Positions 1 to 7,776 of a stretch of 45,509 nucleotides of DNA are shown in pieces. Within the stretch, counting starts at the first letter, position 1, and each line of letters starts with the position of its first letter. This DNA comes from a virus (Duplodnaviria > Caudoviricetes): positions 1 to 45,509 of the IMG/VR virus record IMGVR_UViG_3300025725_000001. One strand, 5' to 3'. A program made the translations under genes and the position numbers. Below the pieces are notes generated by a model, which was not told the DNA's origin, made no database searches, and saw nothing but the letters and a program-made list of their open reading frames with translations.

Positions 1-99
1 CCTCTGACCTGCGGTTATGCCGTTTCTCATGCTCACCAGTCTACCCCATCAGCGGACTTTTAATCCGTAGGTCGTCGGTTCGAGCCCGACGGGGCCCAC
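1..99 (+). repeat. Terminal direct repeat, left copy (circular-contig overlap)
   Basis: Identical to 45411-45509 over 99 nt. Confidence 0.97.
52..99 (+). other. attP: attP common core = 3' half of tRNA-Lys(UUU)
   Basis: GCGGA-CTTTTAA-TCCGT anticodon arm (TTT at 59-61), GTCGG-TTCGAGC-CCGAC T-arm, acceptor 3' strand GGGGCCCA; no 5' half or D-arm upstream; tyrosine integrase nearby. Confidence 0.88.
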
Positions 100-147
100 G
101 CTCGTGAGCAGCGGTTATACCGATTTGGAGCACCTTCCAGGGTAGCC

Positions 148-158
148 AACTACAGCCT
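148..158 (+). promoter_or_regulatory. Putative integrase arm-type site (AACTACAGCCT)
   Basis: Same 11-mer at 45349-45359 with variants at 45360-45380, i.e. on both sides of the att core in the circle. Confidence 0.6.
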
Positions 159-190
159 ACAGTTTGGCTAACTTCACCACCACGCACAAC

Positions 191-222
191 GATGCCCCCG
201 GCCATCACTGGTCGGGGGCATC
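191..222. terminator. GC-rich hairpin; likely terminator for the restored tRNA transcript and/or the leftward repressor transcript
   Basis: GATGCCCCCGGCCA-TCAC-TGGTCGGGGGCATC inverted repeat. Confidence 0.7.
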
Positions 223-390
223 TCGGGACAGCGCGCGCCCAAGGGCTGAGACGTTAGGTATGGATCTGGTTAAGTGGGGTAGGTCGCCGCATTGCCTGAC
301 GTAGCGTTGTTTCCTCAGACCAACTCGATTCGGTCCTCGATCAAGCCGAGCGCCTTCCGCCGACGTGTGTCTGAGGGTGGGGATTCAAGG

Positions 391-684
391 ATGGATTGCA
401 GTGCAGTGTTTGACGCAGAGACAGCACGAAAGACGGACCAGATGATCGAGCAGGTCACGGGCCACGCCTGTGAAGGTCGCACCGGGGGTCACTGCCCGAT
501 ATTTCCCAGGCCTGAGGTGAAATCAGTCTCCCTCGTCGCGGCGGTTTGGGAGCGACTTGATGAAGTCCACCACCATCTGGGCCGCATGATTGCGGCGGCT
601 GGGCGACACGCGTCCGAGCCACTCGGCGACGAACCCGCCGAGCAGAGTGGGCACGTCCAGATCACTGAGACTCTCGTCGCCTAG
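391..684 (+). CDS. Possible small Cys/His protein, antisense-overlapping the repressor 3' end
   Basis: ATG at 391 after GAGGGTGGGG; HACEGRTGGHCP cluster; 162-nt overlap with 523-1029(-) makes it doubtful. Confidence 0.3.
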   Translation: MDCSAVFDAETARKTDQMIEQVTGHACEGRTGGHCPIFPRPEVKSVSLVAAVWERLDEVHHHLGRMIAAAGRHASEPLGDEPAEQSGHVQITETLVA

Positions 685-1029
685 GTCCAGCAGGTTCACG
701 CTTCGCGCCTCAGCAGGTCCGGGCTCGGGCCCGTTCTCGCGCAGGTAGCGCGCGATCGACCCTGGCTCCCAGTCGAAGAACTCTTCGATGACGACATAGC
801 TCTCAGGTGAGGCAGAGCAGGGCGCTTCGGCGGTGCTTGATAGGAGTGGCTTGCCGTCCTCGATATTGATGAGGATCTGGCGGCTGAGACCCATCTGGAG
901 CGCGGCTACGCTCCGATTGAGCGGTTTGCCCTTCTCGCCTCTCACTGCCTTGCGTGCCGCCGACACGAGGGCGCCAAGCCGCTTCAGCGGGTCCTCTCTG
1001 ATAGTCACGGTTCGTATCCTGCCAGCCAT
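523..1029 (-). CDS. Immunity repressor (XRE-type HTH)
   Basis: LKRLGALVSAARKA...LNRSVAALQMGLSRQILINIEDG HTH pattern; divergent from Cro-like gene next to attP. Confidence 0.75.
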   Translation of the reverse strand: MAGRIRTVTIREDPLKRLGALVSAARKAVRGEKGKPLNRSVAALQMGLSRQILINIEDGKPLLSSTAEAPCSASPESYVVIEEFFDWEPGSIARYLRENGPEPGPAEARSVNLLDLGDESLSDLDVPTLLGGFVAEWLGRVSPSRRNHAAQMVVDFIKSLPNRRDEGD

Positions 1030-1186
1030 CGTGCACTCTTTCTAGTCAACGTGAGGCACAGCATCTAGGTCAAGAGTAGGTCAAGAGTGCAGGTCAGGAC
1101 AGGGCTAGACGGAACATTCTGAAAAAATGTATGTCGTCGTCTAAATGTACTAGGCAAATCGCCTAGAAGTGTCTAGTGTTGCCTAC
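1030..1186. promoter_or_regulatory. Lysis/lysogeny switch region with candidate operators
   Basis: TAGGTCAAGAG twice in tandem (1066-1087), palindrome CTAGGC-N5-GCCTAG (1150-1166), repeated CTAG half-sites, AT-rich patch. Confidence 0.65.
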
Positions 1187-1474
1187 ATGCCACCCCAACA
1201 AAATAGTCCGGCCGCAAGGCGCGGCACCCGCATCGACATCAACGGCTACGCCCTCCGCGAGATGCGAAAGCTCGCTGGTATCACCACTGCTCAACTCGTC
1301 CGCGAGGTCGCCAATGCTGACGGCAAGGGTTTCGACCGGTCCTTCTTGAACCGCATCGAGAACGGCCAGCGCACGGTCGTCAACCCGGACACCTTCGCTC
1401 GCATCGTCAGAGCCCTCGGCATCGACCGCAGGGCGCTCCTGTCCAATCCGCACCGGATCGCGGACGCAGCATGA
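1187..1474 (+). CDS. Cro-like XRE HTH protein
   Basis: INGYALREMRKLAGITTAQLVREV...DRSFLNRIENGQR; first gene of rightward early operon (start 1169 or 1187). Confidence 0.8.
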   Translation: MPPQQNSPAARRGTRIDINGYALREMRKLAGITTAQLVREVANADGKGFDRSFLNRIENGQRTVVNPDTFARIVRALGIDRRALLSNPHRIADAA

Positions 1475-2379
1475 CCGTCACGGACATCGTCCCCGCCACC
1501 AACATGGCAGAACTGGACACGCTCGACCCCCAGTCTCGCGAGGTCGCCATGTTGGGGATGTTGGAGCAGGCCCACACCTGGCTTGCCCACGCCGTAGAGA
1601 CCTCCGCCCCAGCCCGTGACATCGCGGACTTCAAGGCATTCATCGCGACCGCGGCCGATGCTGCGAAGCGTCTCAAGGTCAGCAAGGAGATTCAGGTGGA
1701 CGCCGAGGTCATGGTTCGTCGTTCGGAGCGCGCTCTTGGCCAGGCGATCAGAGGAGGACAGGAGCGCGGGGAGATTCGTGCATCAAACGGAGGCGACACT
1801 CGCACAGACCTGACTGACCGAGTGGTTGCAAACAACTTGGTCTCCGTGTCCGACTTTGCCAATAGAGATGAACTTCACAGCAACGGCGCTGGCATCTACC
1901 ACCTGACTGACGACGTGACTGACGACGACTTCGAGACCGCGCTCACTGAAGCCAAAGACGAGGGCAACGTGTCCCGCGCCAACGTGGTCCGCAAGATCAA
2001 AGCGCCCAGTAAGTCCTACAGCGGGCAGCACGCCGCCAAGTGGGACCGCATCACAGCCCTCGCCGCGTCCGGTTCTTCTTCACCGCAGATCGCTCGCGAG
2101 GTTGGCATGGGTGTAGAGGGGGTCAAGGCCGGAGCCAAACAGCGTGGCATCGACATCCGGGCCGACCGTGTCCTTGGCCGCACCCACCGCCTCGACAGCA
2201 ACCGGATCGTCCGCGAGTCCGTGACCACTCTCGAAAACATCGTCAACGGACTGGCCCTCATCAACTACGACGACATCGACATGGAGGAAGCCGACGCATG
2301 GATCGACTCCCTCAACATCTCCCGCAACGCCCTCCTCAAGGCAATCCGAAAGATAGAGAAAAGGAAGCCGATCCAATGA
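1471..2379 (+). CDS. Hypothetical DNA-binding protein (helical N-terminus, C-terminal HTH)
   Basis: ATGA-coupled on both sides; GSSSPQIAREVGMGVEGVK HTH-like segment. Confidence 0.7.
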   Translation: MTVTDIVPATNMAELDTLDPQSREVAMLGMLEQAHTWLAHAVETSAPARDIADFKAFIATAADAAKRLKVSKEIQVDAEVMVRRSERALGQAIRGGQERGEIRASNGGDTRTDLTDRVVANNLVSVSDFANRDELHSNGAGIYHLTDDVTDDDFETALTEAKDEGNVSRANVVRKIKAPSKSYSGQHAAKWDRITALAASGSSSPQIAREVGMGVEGVKAGAKQRGIDIRADRVLGRTHRLDSNRIVRESVTTLENIVNGLALINYDDIDMEEADAWIDSLNISRNALLKAIRKIEKRKPIQ

Positions 2380-3182
2380 CCACAAAGACTACGCCCAAGG
2401 TTGACCGGGAGGCGGCACTGCGCTGGATTCCACTCGACCAGATCCACGTCTCACCGCTCGCGCAGCGGGACCTTACCCCCGCACGCGTTGACAAGATCCT
2501 CGCCAACCTCGACCTTGAGCAGATCGGCACCCCCACCGTTAGCCAGCGCGACGGCGTCTACTACATCATCGACGGTCAGCACCGCACCGAGGCGCTCCGC
2601 CTGTACTTCGAGGACGACCCGAGCATCAAGATCCAATGCTGGGCGTACTTCGAACTCTCACAGGAGGACGAGGCTGAGAAGTTCCTCAAGCTGAACGACA
2701 CGCTCACAGTCAACGCGTTCTCGAAGTTCCGTGTCGGCGTCACAGCAGGCCGCGGCGTCGAGGTTGACATCGACAGGATTGTTCGCGCAAACGGCAGTGT
2801 CGTTAGCCGTGACGAGATCCCTGGAGCCATCGGCGCCGTTGCTGCGCTCCGCAGGATCTACAGCACCGCCGGCGGGTCCTGCCTGGGCCACACCATCCGC
2901 GTCGTCCGTGACGCATACGGCGACCCGGGATTCGACTCCTACGCGCTTCAGGGCGTGGCCCTAGTCCTCGACCGCTACGGCGATGAGGTTGACGACCTGA
3001 CCCTCGTAACCCGCCTCGACAAAGCCAAGGGCGGCATCAAGGGACTCCTTCAGCGTGCCGAGCACTACCGGCTCACGACTGGCAACTACAAGACCCACTG
3101 TGTAGCGGCTGCGGTCGTGGACACGTACAACTCCGGCCGTGGTGGCAAGAACCTTACGTCGTGGTGGAAAGACGCCGCATGA
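2376..3182 (+). CDS. ParB/Srx-fold DGQHR-motif protein (DUF6551-like)
   Basis: IPLDQIHVSPLAQRDL...YYIIDGQHRTEAL; true start is ATG 2376 overlapping the upstream stop. Confidence 0.8.
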   Translation: MTTKTTPKVDREAALRWIPLDQIHVSPLAQRDLTPARVDKILANLDLEQIGTPTVSQRDGVYYIIDGQHRTEALRLYFEDDPSIKIQCWAYFELSQEDEAEKFLKLNDTLTVNAFSKFRVGVTAGRGVEVDIDRIVRANGSVVSRDEIPGAIGAVAALRRIYSTAGGSCLGHTIRVVRDAYGDPGFDSYALQGVALVLDRYGDEVDDLTLVTRLDKAKGGIKGLLQRAEHYRLTTGNYKTHCVAAAVVDTYNSGRGGKNLTSWWKDAA

Positions 3183-3361
3183 CCGCCGTCGTCCTCCTGA
3201 CCGTCCGCCAAGTCGCGGACGCCACCGGACTCGGCCAAGCCAAGATCCGCAAGGAGATCAACGCGGGCCGACTCCCGGCCAAGCGCATCGGCGTCGACAT
3301 CCGTGTCCGCCCCGTCGACCTTGACGAGTGGATCGACCGCAGCGACGACGTCGCCGTTTAG
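3179..3361 (+). CDS. xis: Excisionase-like HTH protein
   Basis: LLTVRQVADATGLGQAKIRKEINAGRLPAKRIG-IRVRPVDLDEWI, typical Xis/MerR-like winged helix. Confidence 0.8.
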   Translation: MTAVVLLTVRQVADATGLGQAKIRKEINAGRLPAKRIGVDIRVRPVDLDEWIDRSDDVAV

Positions 3362-3444
3362 CCGCTTAACACCCCCCACACAGCCGAAGGACGCCGCTCC
3401 CCGACCAAAGAGAAACGACGTCCAACAGACAAGGAGAAAATACC

Positions 3445-3732
3445 ATGAGCACCGAAATCCGTATCGACCTCGACCACGAACTCACGGCCCGCATCAAGGT
3501 CGACACCCCCAAGCAGATCAGCGACAAGGTCGCCATCAGGGTGGTCATCCAGTCCCACGCCGACAACGTCTTCCTCTGGTTCACCCCCGAGCAGGCCCGG
3601 GTCATCCGCGGCGGCATCGGCGTGGCCCTCGACCAGATGGACACCGCCGAGGTCCAGGACGCGTCGCTCCACTTCCACGGCGCGATCCATGCCCACGGCG
3701 AGCACATCGCCAGCCAGGGTGACGCGTCATGA
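3445..3732 (+). CDS. Hypothetical protein
   Basis: AAGGAG RBS, GC3-rich codons, ATGA coupling downstream. Confidence 0.7.
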   Translation: MSTEIRIDLDHELTARIKVDTPKQISDKVAIRVVIQSHADNVFLWFTPEQARVIRGGIGVALDQMDTAEVQDASLHFHGAIHAHGEHIASQGDAS

Positions 3733-3896
3733 AACTCGGTGTCGAGGTCTTCCGCGTCGAGGTCTGGCGCGACGGCGAGCTGATCGAGGGTCGCACGTTC
3801 ATTAACCACATGGCCGCCCTCACCTTCGCCGACCACCAACGGGCGCGTGGCCTGATCGCCCTCGTCATGTTCCCCCGAGCGGAGGCCACGCGATGA
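3729..3896 (+). CDS. Hypothetical protein, 55 aa (MKLGVEVFRVEVWRDG...)
   Basis: ATGA overlaps at both ends; below ORF-track cutoff. Confidence 0.65.
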   Translation: MKLGVEVFRVEVWRDGELIEGRTFINHMAALTFADHQRARGLIALVMFPRAEATR

Positions 3897-4063
3897 GCCC
3901 CGAGAGGCGCGAGTCTGCCGCCACCGAGCAGGAGATCCACACCCTCAAGCGGGCCATGGTGCTCGTCCGCGCCCACGTCGCACCCGTCGAGATCGTCGCC
4001 TTCCTGACCGGGGCGCTGGCTGTCGCTGACGCCGTCCGCACAGGCGCGATGGATGACGAATGA
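3893..4063 (+). CDS. Hypothetical protein, 56 aa (MSPERRESAATEQE...)
   Basis: ATGA overlaps at both ends. Confidence 0.65.
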   Translation: MSPERRESAATEQEIHTLKRAMVLVRAHVAPVEIVAFLTGALAVADAVRTGAMDDE

Positions 4064-4281
4064 TGAGCGCCGCAGCCATCCTCACCTTCGCCGCGTTCGT
4101 GCTCTACACCGTCGGCGTGGTCCGCACCATAAACCGCCGCCTTGACCACGACCTGCCCTTGCTGACCGACGAGGGCCAGAAGTGCATCCGGCGCGGGTTC
4201 CACGAGTGGACCTCGGAGCCCGGTAGCGCGATGGATAAGTGCGAGTGCGGCAGCTACCAGTTGCGGAGGTGGACGTCGTGA
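4060..4281 (+). CDS. Small membrane-anchored protein with C-terminal Cys/His cluster
   Basis: N-terminal hydrophobic helix; C-x5-H...C-x-C. Confidence 0.65.
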   Translation: MMSAAAILTFAAFVLYTVGVVRTINRRLDHDLPLLTDEGQKCIRRGFHEWTSEPGSAMDKCECGSYQLRRWTS

Positions 4282-4403
4282 TCCTCTACAAGTGCTGCGA
4301 CCACTGTCCCGACTATTGCCGTTACTCCGACAGGCACTCCCTTGAGTGTCACATCGAAGTCGACGGCAGACCCTGCCAAGGTCCTCAGCGGGGTGAGTCG
4401 TGA
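4278..4403 (+). CDS. Cys-rich 41-aa peptide (MILYKCCDHCPDYC...)
   Basis: GGAGG RBS, GTGA overlaps at both ends. Confidence 0.55.
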   Translation: MILYKCCDHCPDYCRYSDRHSLECHIEVDGRPCQGPQRGES

Positions 4404-4846
4404 GCCTTCACCTAGTCCCCGTCACGTTCGCCGACGCTTGCAGATTTGTCACCATGTGGCACCGACACCACCAGCCTCCGATCGGGCATAAGTTCAGTAT
4501 CGGCGTCGCGGAAGGCGACAAGCTCGTGGGTGTCGCAATGATCGGTCGCCCTATCGGCCGCGCCTTCGATGACGGACTCACATTAGAGGTCAACCGCACA
4601 GCAACAGATGGCACCAAGAACGCCAACTCGATGCTCTATGCAGCTGCGTGGCGGGCAGCCAAAGCGCTCGGCTATGGGCGGCTCGTCACCTACACGATGA
4701 CCGGCGAGACCGGGGCCAGTCTCCGGGCTGCGGGTTGGCATGTGGTCGCTGAGCTCAAGGCGCGCAAAGGGTGGAGCGTCCCGAGTCGACCCCGAGAAGA
4801 CCATGGCGTTGATGCCATGCCGCGCACCCTCTGGGAGGCATCATGA
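4400..4846 (+). CDS. XF1762-family / Mom-like GNAT-fold protein (putative DNA modification)
   Basis: WHRHH...FSIGV...LVGVAMIGRP...LEVNR...NANSMLY...GYGRLVTYT...ETGASLRAAGW motifs. Confidence 0.75.
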   Translation: MSLHLVPVTFADACRFVTMWHRHHQPPIGHKFSIGVAEGDKLVGVAMIGRPIGRAFDDGLTLEVNRTATDGTKNANSMLYAAAWRAAKALGYGRLVTYTMTGETGASLRAAGWHVVAELKARKGWSVPSRPREDHGVDAMPRTLWEAS

Positions 4847-5160
4847 CCCCCGACGAGAACCATTTCGCGCTGAGCCCCGAACTGTTCTGGTTCGCGCTGC
4901 TGGCCTTCTTGGTCGTCACCGCCATCTGGGCGCTCATCGGCCTGGCCCGGGAGAAGCGGGCCGCCAAGATCGCCCGGAGAGCCACGGCCGAGGCCTTCTG
5001 GGCCAGGATCCTGGCCGACCCGAAGCCCGTCCGTGTCCATCCCCACTGCGGGACCTGGGGTCACAAGTACGTCGCTCACCAGACCGTCTGGCTGTGCGGC
5101 GTCTGTGGCGACCGTATCCCCCGCGACACCCTGCTGCTTGAGGAAGAGGACATCGCATGA
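4843..5160 (+). CDS. Membrane-anchored protein with C-terminal Zn-ribbon
   Basis: TM segment LFWFALLAFLVVTAIWALIGL; C-x4-H...CGVCG. Confidence 0.65.
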   Translation: MTPDENHFALSPELFWFALLAFLVVTAIWALIGLAREKRAAKIARRATAEAFWARILADPKPVRVHPHCGTWGHKYVAHQTVWLCGVCGDRIPRDTLLLEEEDIA

Positions 5161-5269
5161 AACGACCATCGTGGATGCATACAGTCAGTCGCCGAAAGGC
5201 AGCAGGCTCCAGGCGTAACAAGGGTCTTCGCTACGTTGGCACCTTTGCGAGCGACAGGAAGAGACTGTC

Positions 5270-6130
5270 ATGAGCGCCCCCGAGTCCGTCCGGATCGGAA
5301 TGCCCGAACTCGAATATCACGCCTCACCCGGGCTGTCCTCGACGGGCATGAAGTGGCTGCTCCGCTCACCGAAGCACTACAGGGAGCGCATGGATCACCG
5401 CGTCGAGAAAGCCGCCTTTGACCTCGGCCATTGCGTCCACGCCACGGTGCTCGGCGTCGGAATGGGCATCATCGCCATCCCGCCCACTGTGCTCGCATCC
5501 AACGGCGCGGCCAGCACGAAGGACGCCAAGGAGTTCATCGCCAACGCACGCGCGGAAGGTCTCGTCCCGGTCAAGGCCGATGTCATCATCAAGGTCCACG
5601 CGATCGCAGACGCGGTCCTCGCTAACCCGAAGGCCCATGCGCTGCTCTCGCTCGACGGCGACGCCGAGGTGTCCCTGTTCGCCGACGACCCCGAGACAGG
5701 CGTGCACATGCGGGGGCGCATCGACTATCTCGGGACGTTCCCGGATGGCCGCCTCGTGAATATCGACCTCAAGACGACGACCGACGTTCGCCGGCGCAAG
5801 CTCGTGCGGACCATCGAGGACTTCGGCTACGACATCCAGAGCGAGACCTACCGCTACCTGCTGCGGCTCACTACCTGCAAGACGATCGCACCGACGCACC
5901 TCATCTTCGTCGAGACCGACGCGCCGTTCGAGGTCCGCGTGGTCAGCCTCGCGCACCCTGACTGGATCGAGGGCGGCCAACACAAGATGCGCCGCGCGAT
6001 CGACATCTACGCGCACTGCATCGCCACGGACACATGGCCCGGGGACGACGACAGCCCCGGGGACGCCGAGCCAATCGAGCCGCGGCCCTACTACATGAGC
6101 GACATGGACCTGGAAGAAATGGTGATCTGA
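5270..6130 (+). CDS. RecE/exonuclease VIII-like PD-(D/E)XK nuclease
   Basis: EYHA-PGLSSTGMK-LLRSP-HY, G-x2-H, E-VSLF, RGRIDYL, IDLKTT, GYDIQ-x2-Y motifs. Confidence 0.88.
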   Translation: MSAPESVRIGMPELEYHASPGLSSTGMKWLLRSPKHYRERMDHRVEKAAFDLGHCVHATVLGVGMGIIAIPPTVLASNGAASTKDAKEFIANARAEGLVPVKADVIIKVHAIADAVLANPKAHALLSLDGDAEVSLFADDPETGVHMRGRIDYLGTFPDGRLVNIDLKTTTDVRRRKLVRTIEDFGYDIQSETYRYLLRLTTCKTIAPTHLIFVETDAPFEVRVVSLAHPDWIEGGQHKMRRAIDIYAHCIATDTWPGDDDSPGDAEPIEPRPYYMSDMDLEEMVI

Positions 6131-6131
6131 G

Positions 6132-6413
6132 ATGGGTATGTTCGACAGCCTGATCGACGCCAAGGGCGACGACTGGCAGACCAAGGCGTTCGAGTGCGAA
6201 CTCAACACGTACCGGATCGGTGACGCGATGCCCGGACCCATTCCCGCCTATCAGGTCGAGGTGCTGGGTGGAGGTGGCGAGATCGGTAGGTTCATCGACT
6301 CTCTCGCCACCGTCCGTGATGGCGTCCTGGCCTCAATCCCTGACGTGCGAGATGAGCACCTCGCGCTGATCCACTATTTCGGCGGGATCATTGCCGCCGC
6401 GAAAGAAGCCTGA
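6132..6413 (+). CDS. Hypothetical protein (MGMFD...)
   Basis: Tightly packed ORF in the operon. Confidence 0.7.
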   Translation: MGMFDSLIDAKGDDWQTKAFECELNTYRIGDAMPGPIPAYQVEVLGGGGEIGRFIDSLATVRDGVLASIPDVRDEHLALIHYFGGIIAAAKEA

Positions 6414-6415
6414 CC

Positions 6416-7096
6416 ATGGACATCTCACAGACCACTGCCCCGAAGTCGGACCAACAGAATTTCGATGACTACATCGGCGGCCCGAAGACGGTCACCATTG
6501 AGAAGGTCACCCCAGGCTCGCTAGAACAACCAGTCGACGTGCACCTCGTCGAGTTCCCTGGGCGCCCATACAGGCCCAGCAAGTCGATGCGCCGCGTCAT
6601 GATCAAGGCGTGGGGGATTGAATCCGCCGCGTACACCGGGCGTCGCATGACCCTGTACGGCGATCCCGAGGTGACGTTCGGCCGGGACAAGGTGGGCGGG
6701 ATCAAAATAAGCCATCTCTCGCACATCGAGAAGCGCCTCACCCTCGCACTAACCGTCACCCGCGGCCGTCGCGCGCCGTTCAACGTCGAGCCGCTCGCCA
6801 ACGCCACCCCTACCCTCACCACCGTCCCGAGCTACCGCGAACTACTGGCCGAGATCGGGGCGTTGGCTGACAAGACGCCAGGTGGTCGCAAGGCTGTCGC
6901 CGCCGACTGGGCTGAGACCCATGAAGGCGAATCCCTGCGCGACGCAACGGATCTCGGTGGTCTGGAACTACTACGCGATGACCTCAAGGTGCGACTCCCA
7001 CAGACTGACGACGCGGCAGGGCCTGTCCCCGCAGGCGAGAGCGAGGCCCCCCCTATGCCTCTGCTCCCTGCCGCGTCGTCAGCATCCGCATCGTGA
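6416..7096 (+). CDS. Exonuclease partner, putative ssDNA-binding/annealing protein
   Basis: PKSDQ-N-DD-IGGP-TVTI...PSKSMRRV...WG...Y-GR...LY-DP-V-FG...VGGIKISH family, found in the RecT position. Confidence 0.6.
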   Translation: MDISQTTAPKSDQQNFDDYIGGPKTVTIEKVTPGSLEQPVDVHLVEFPGRPYRPSKSMRRVMIKAWGIESAAYTGRRMTLYGDPEVTFGRDKVGGIKISHLSHIEKRLTLALTVTRGRRAPFNVEPLANATPTLTTVPSYRELLAEIGALADKTPGGRKAVAADWAETHEGESLRDATDLGGLELLRDDLKVRLPQTDDAAGPVPAGESEAPPMPLLPAASSASAS

Positions 7097-7284
7097 ATGC
7101 TGATGTGGCGCAAGCGATCGTCCGCATCATGCGCCACTGGGACCGCTCCCTGATCCAGTCCGAGGACGACCTACGCCGCGACCTCAAGATGATCGTGTGG
7201 CAGGCCGAGATCGCAACCAAGTTGACGCTCAACATCAACATCAACCGCATCCTCGAAGCCGCTGTGCTGATGGTGTCGCGATGA
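7093..7284 (+). CDS. Hypothetical protein
   Basis: GTGA/ATGA coupled. Confidence 0.6.
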   Translation: MNADVAQAIVRIMRHWDRSLIQSEDDLRRDLKMIVWQAEIATKLTLNININRILEAAVLMVSR

Positions 7285-7685
7285 CTTGGCGTGACCGGGC
7301 GGCCTGCCTGGGCGCTGAGTACGAGTTGTTCTTCCCGGTCGGCATATCCCGCGAAGCGCTGGCCCAGACCGAGGAAGCCAAGGCCGTGTGTAGAGGCTGT
7401 GCGGTCCAAGAGGCCTGCCTTAAGTGGGCCCTCGATGCGCACGAGGACCACGGCGTCTGGGGTGGCCTGTCCGAGGATGAGCGCCGCCCACTGACGGGCC
7501 GCAGGATCCGGATGTACGTGCCCCACGGCACCAGCGCTGGGGCCCAGGCGCACATCCGCGCGGGCCAGCCGCCGTGCCCGCCATGCCGTGAGGCGCGGAG
7601 GTTGGCGGACGCACTGCGCAAGGAGCGTGCGTACACGTCCAGGGGCGCCATCGCGCCGGCGCTGAGGAAGAGGCGGGTGCTGTGA
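7281..7685 (+). CDS. whiB: WhiB-family Fe-S transcription factor (WhiB1-like) with C-terminal HGT...H...PCxxC extension
   Basis: WRDRAAC...ELFFP...AKAVCRGCAVQEACLKWAL...GVWGGLSEDERR. Confidence 0.93.
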   Translation: MTWRDRAACLGAEYELFFPVGISREALAQTEEAKAVCRGCAVQEACLKWALDAHEDHGVWGGLSEDERRPLTGRRIRMYVPHGTSAGAQAHIRAGQPPCPPCREARRLADALRKERAYTSRGAIAPALRKRRVL

Positions 7686-7776
7686 GGCGTTACGTAACGC
7701 GCACGCGCGCATACGGATTTGCTGCTCATCTCCAAGTGGTCCGGGAACGCGCAGAGGCTGACCTTGAGGCGACGTC

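Noticed and set aside
1-99. 99-bp terminal repeat as attL/attR or physical terminal repeats
   Set aside because: Both copies include the same 51 nt of non-tRNA phage sequence and no host flank; the length fits an assembler k-mer overlap; HNH and terminase type point to cos ends near 16380
52-99. Functional tRNA-Lys gene
   Set aside because: The 5' acceptor strand and D-arm are absent; only the att core half is present
2376-3182. ParABS plasmid-prophage partition system or Dnd phosphorothioate cluster
   Set aside because: No ParA, no dndACDE-like genes, and an integration system is present
7687-7700. Perfect 14-bp palindrome GCGTTACGTAACGC
   Set aside because: Single copy noticed, inside a coupled micro-ORF, with no promoter context
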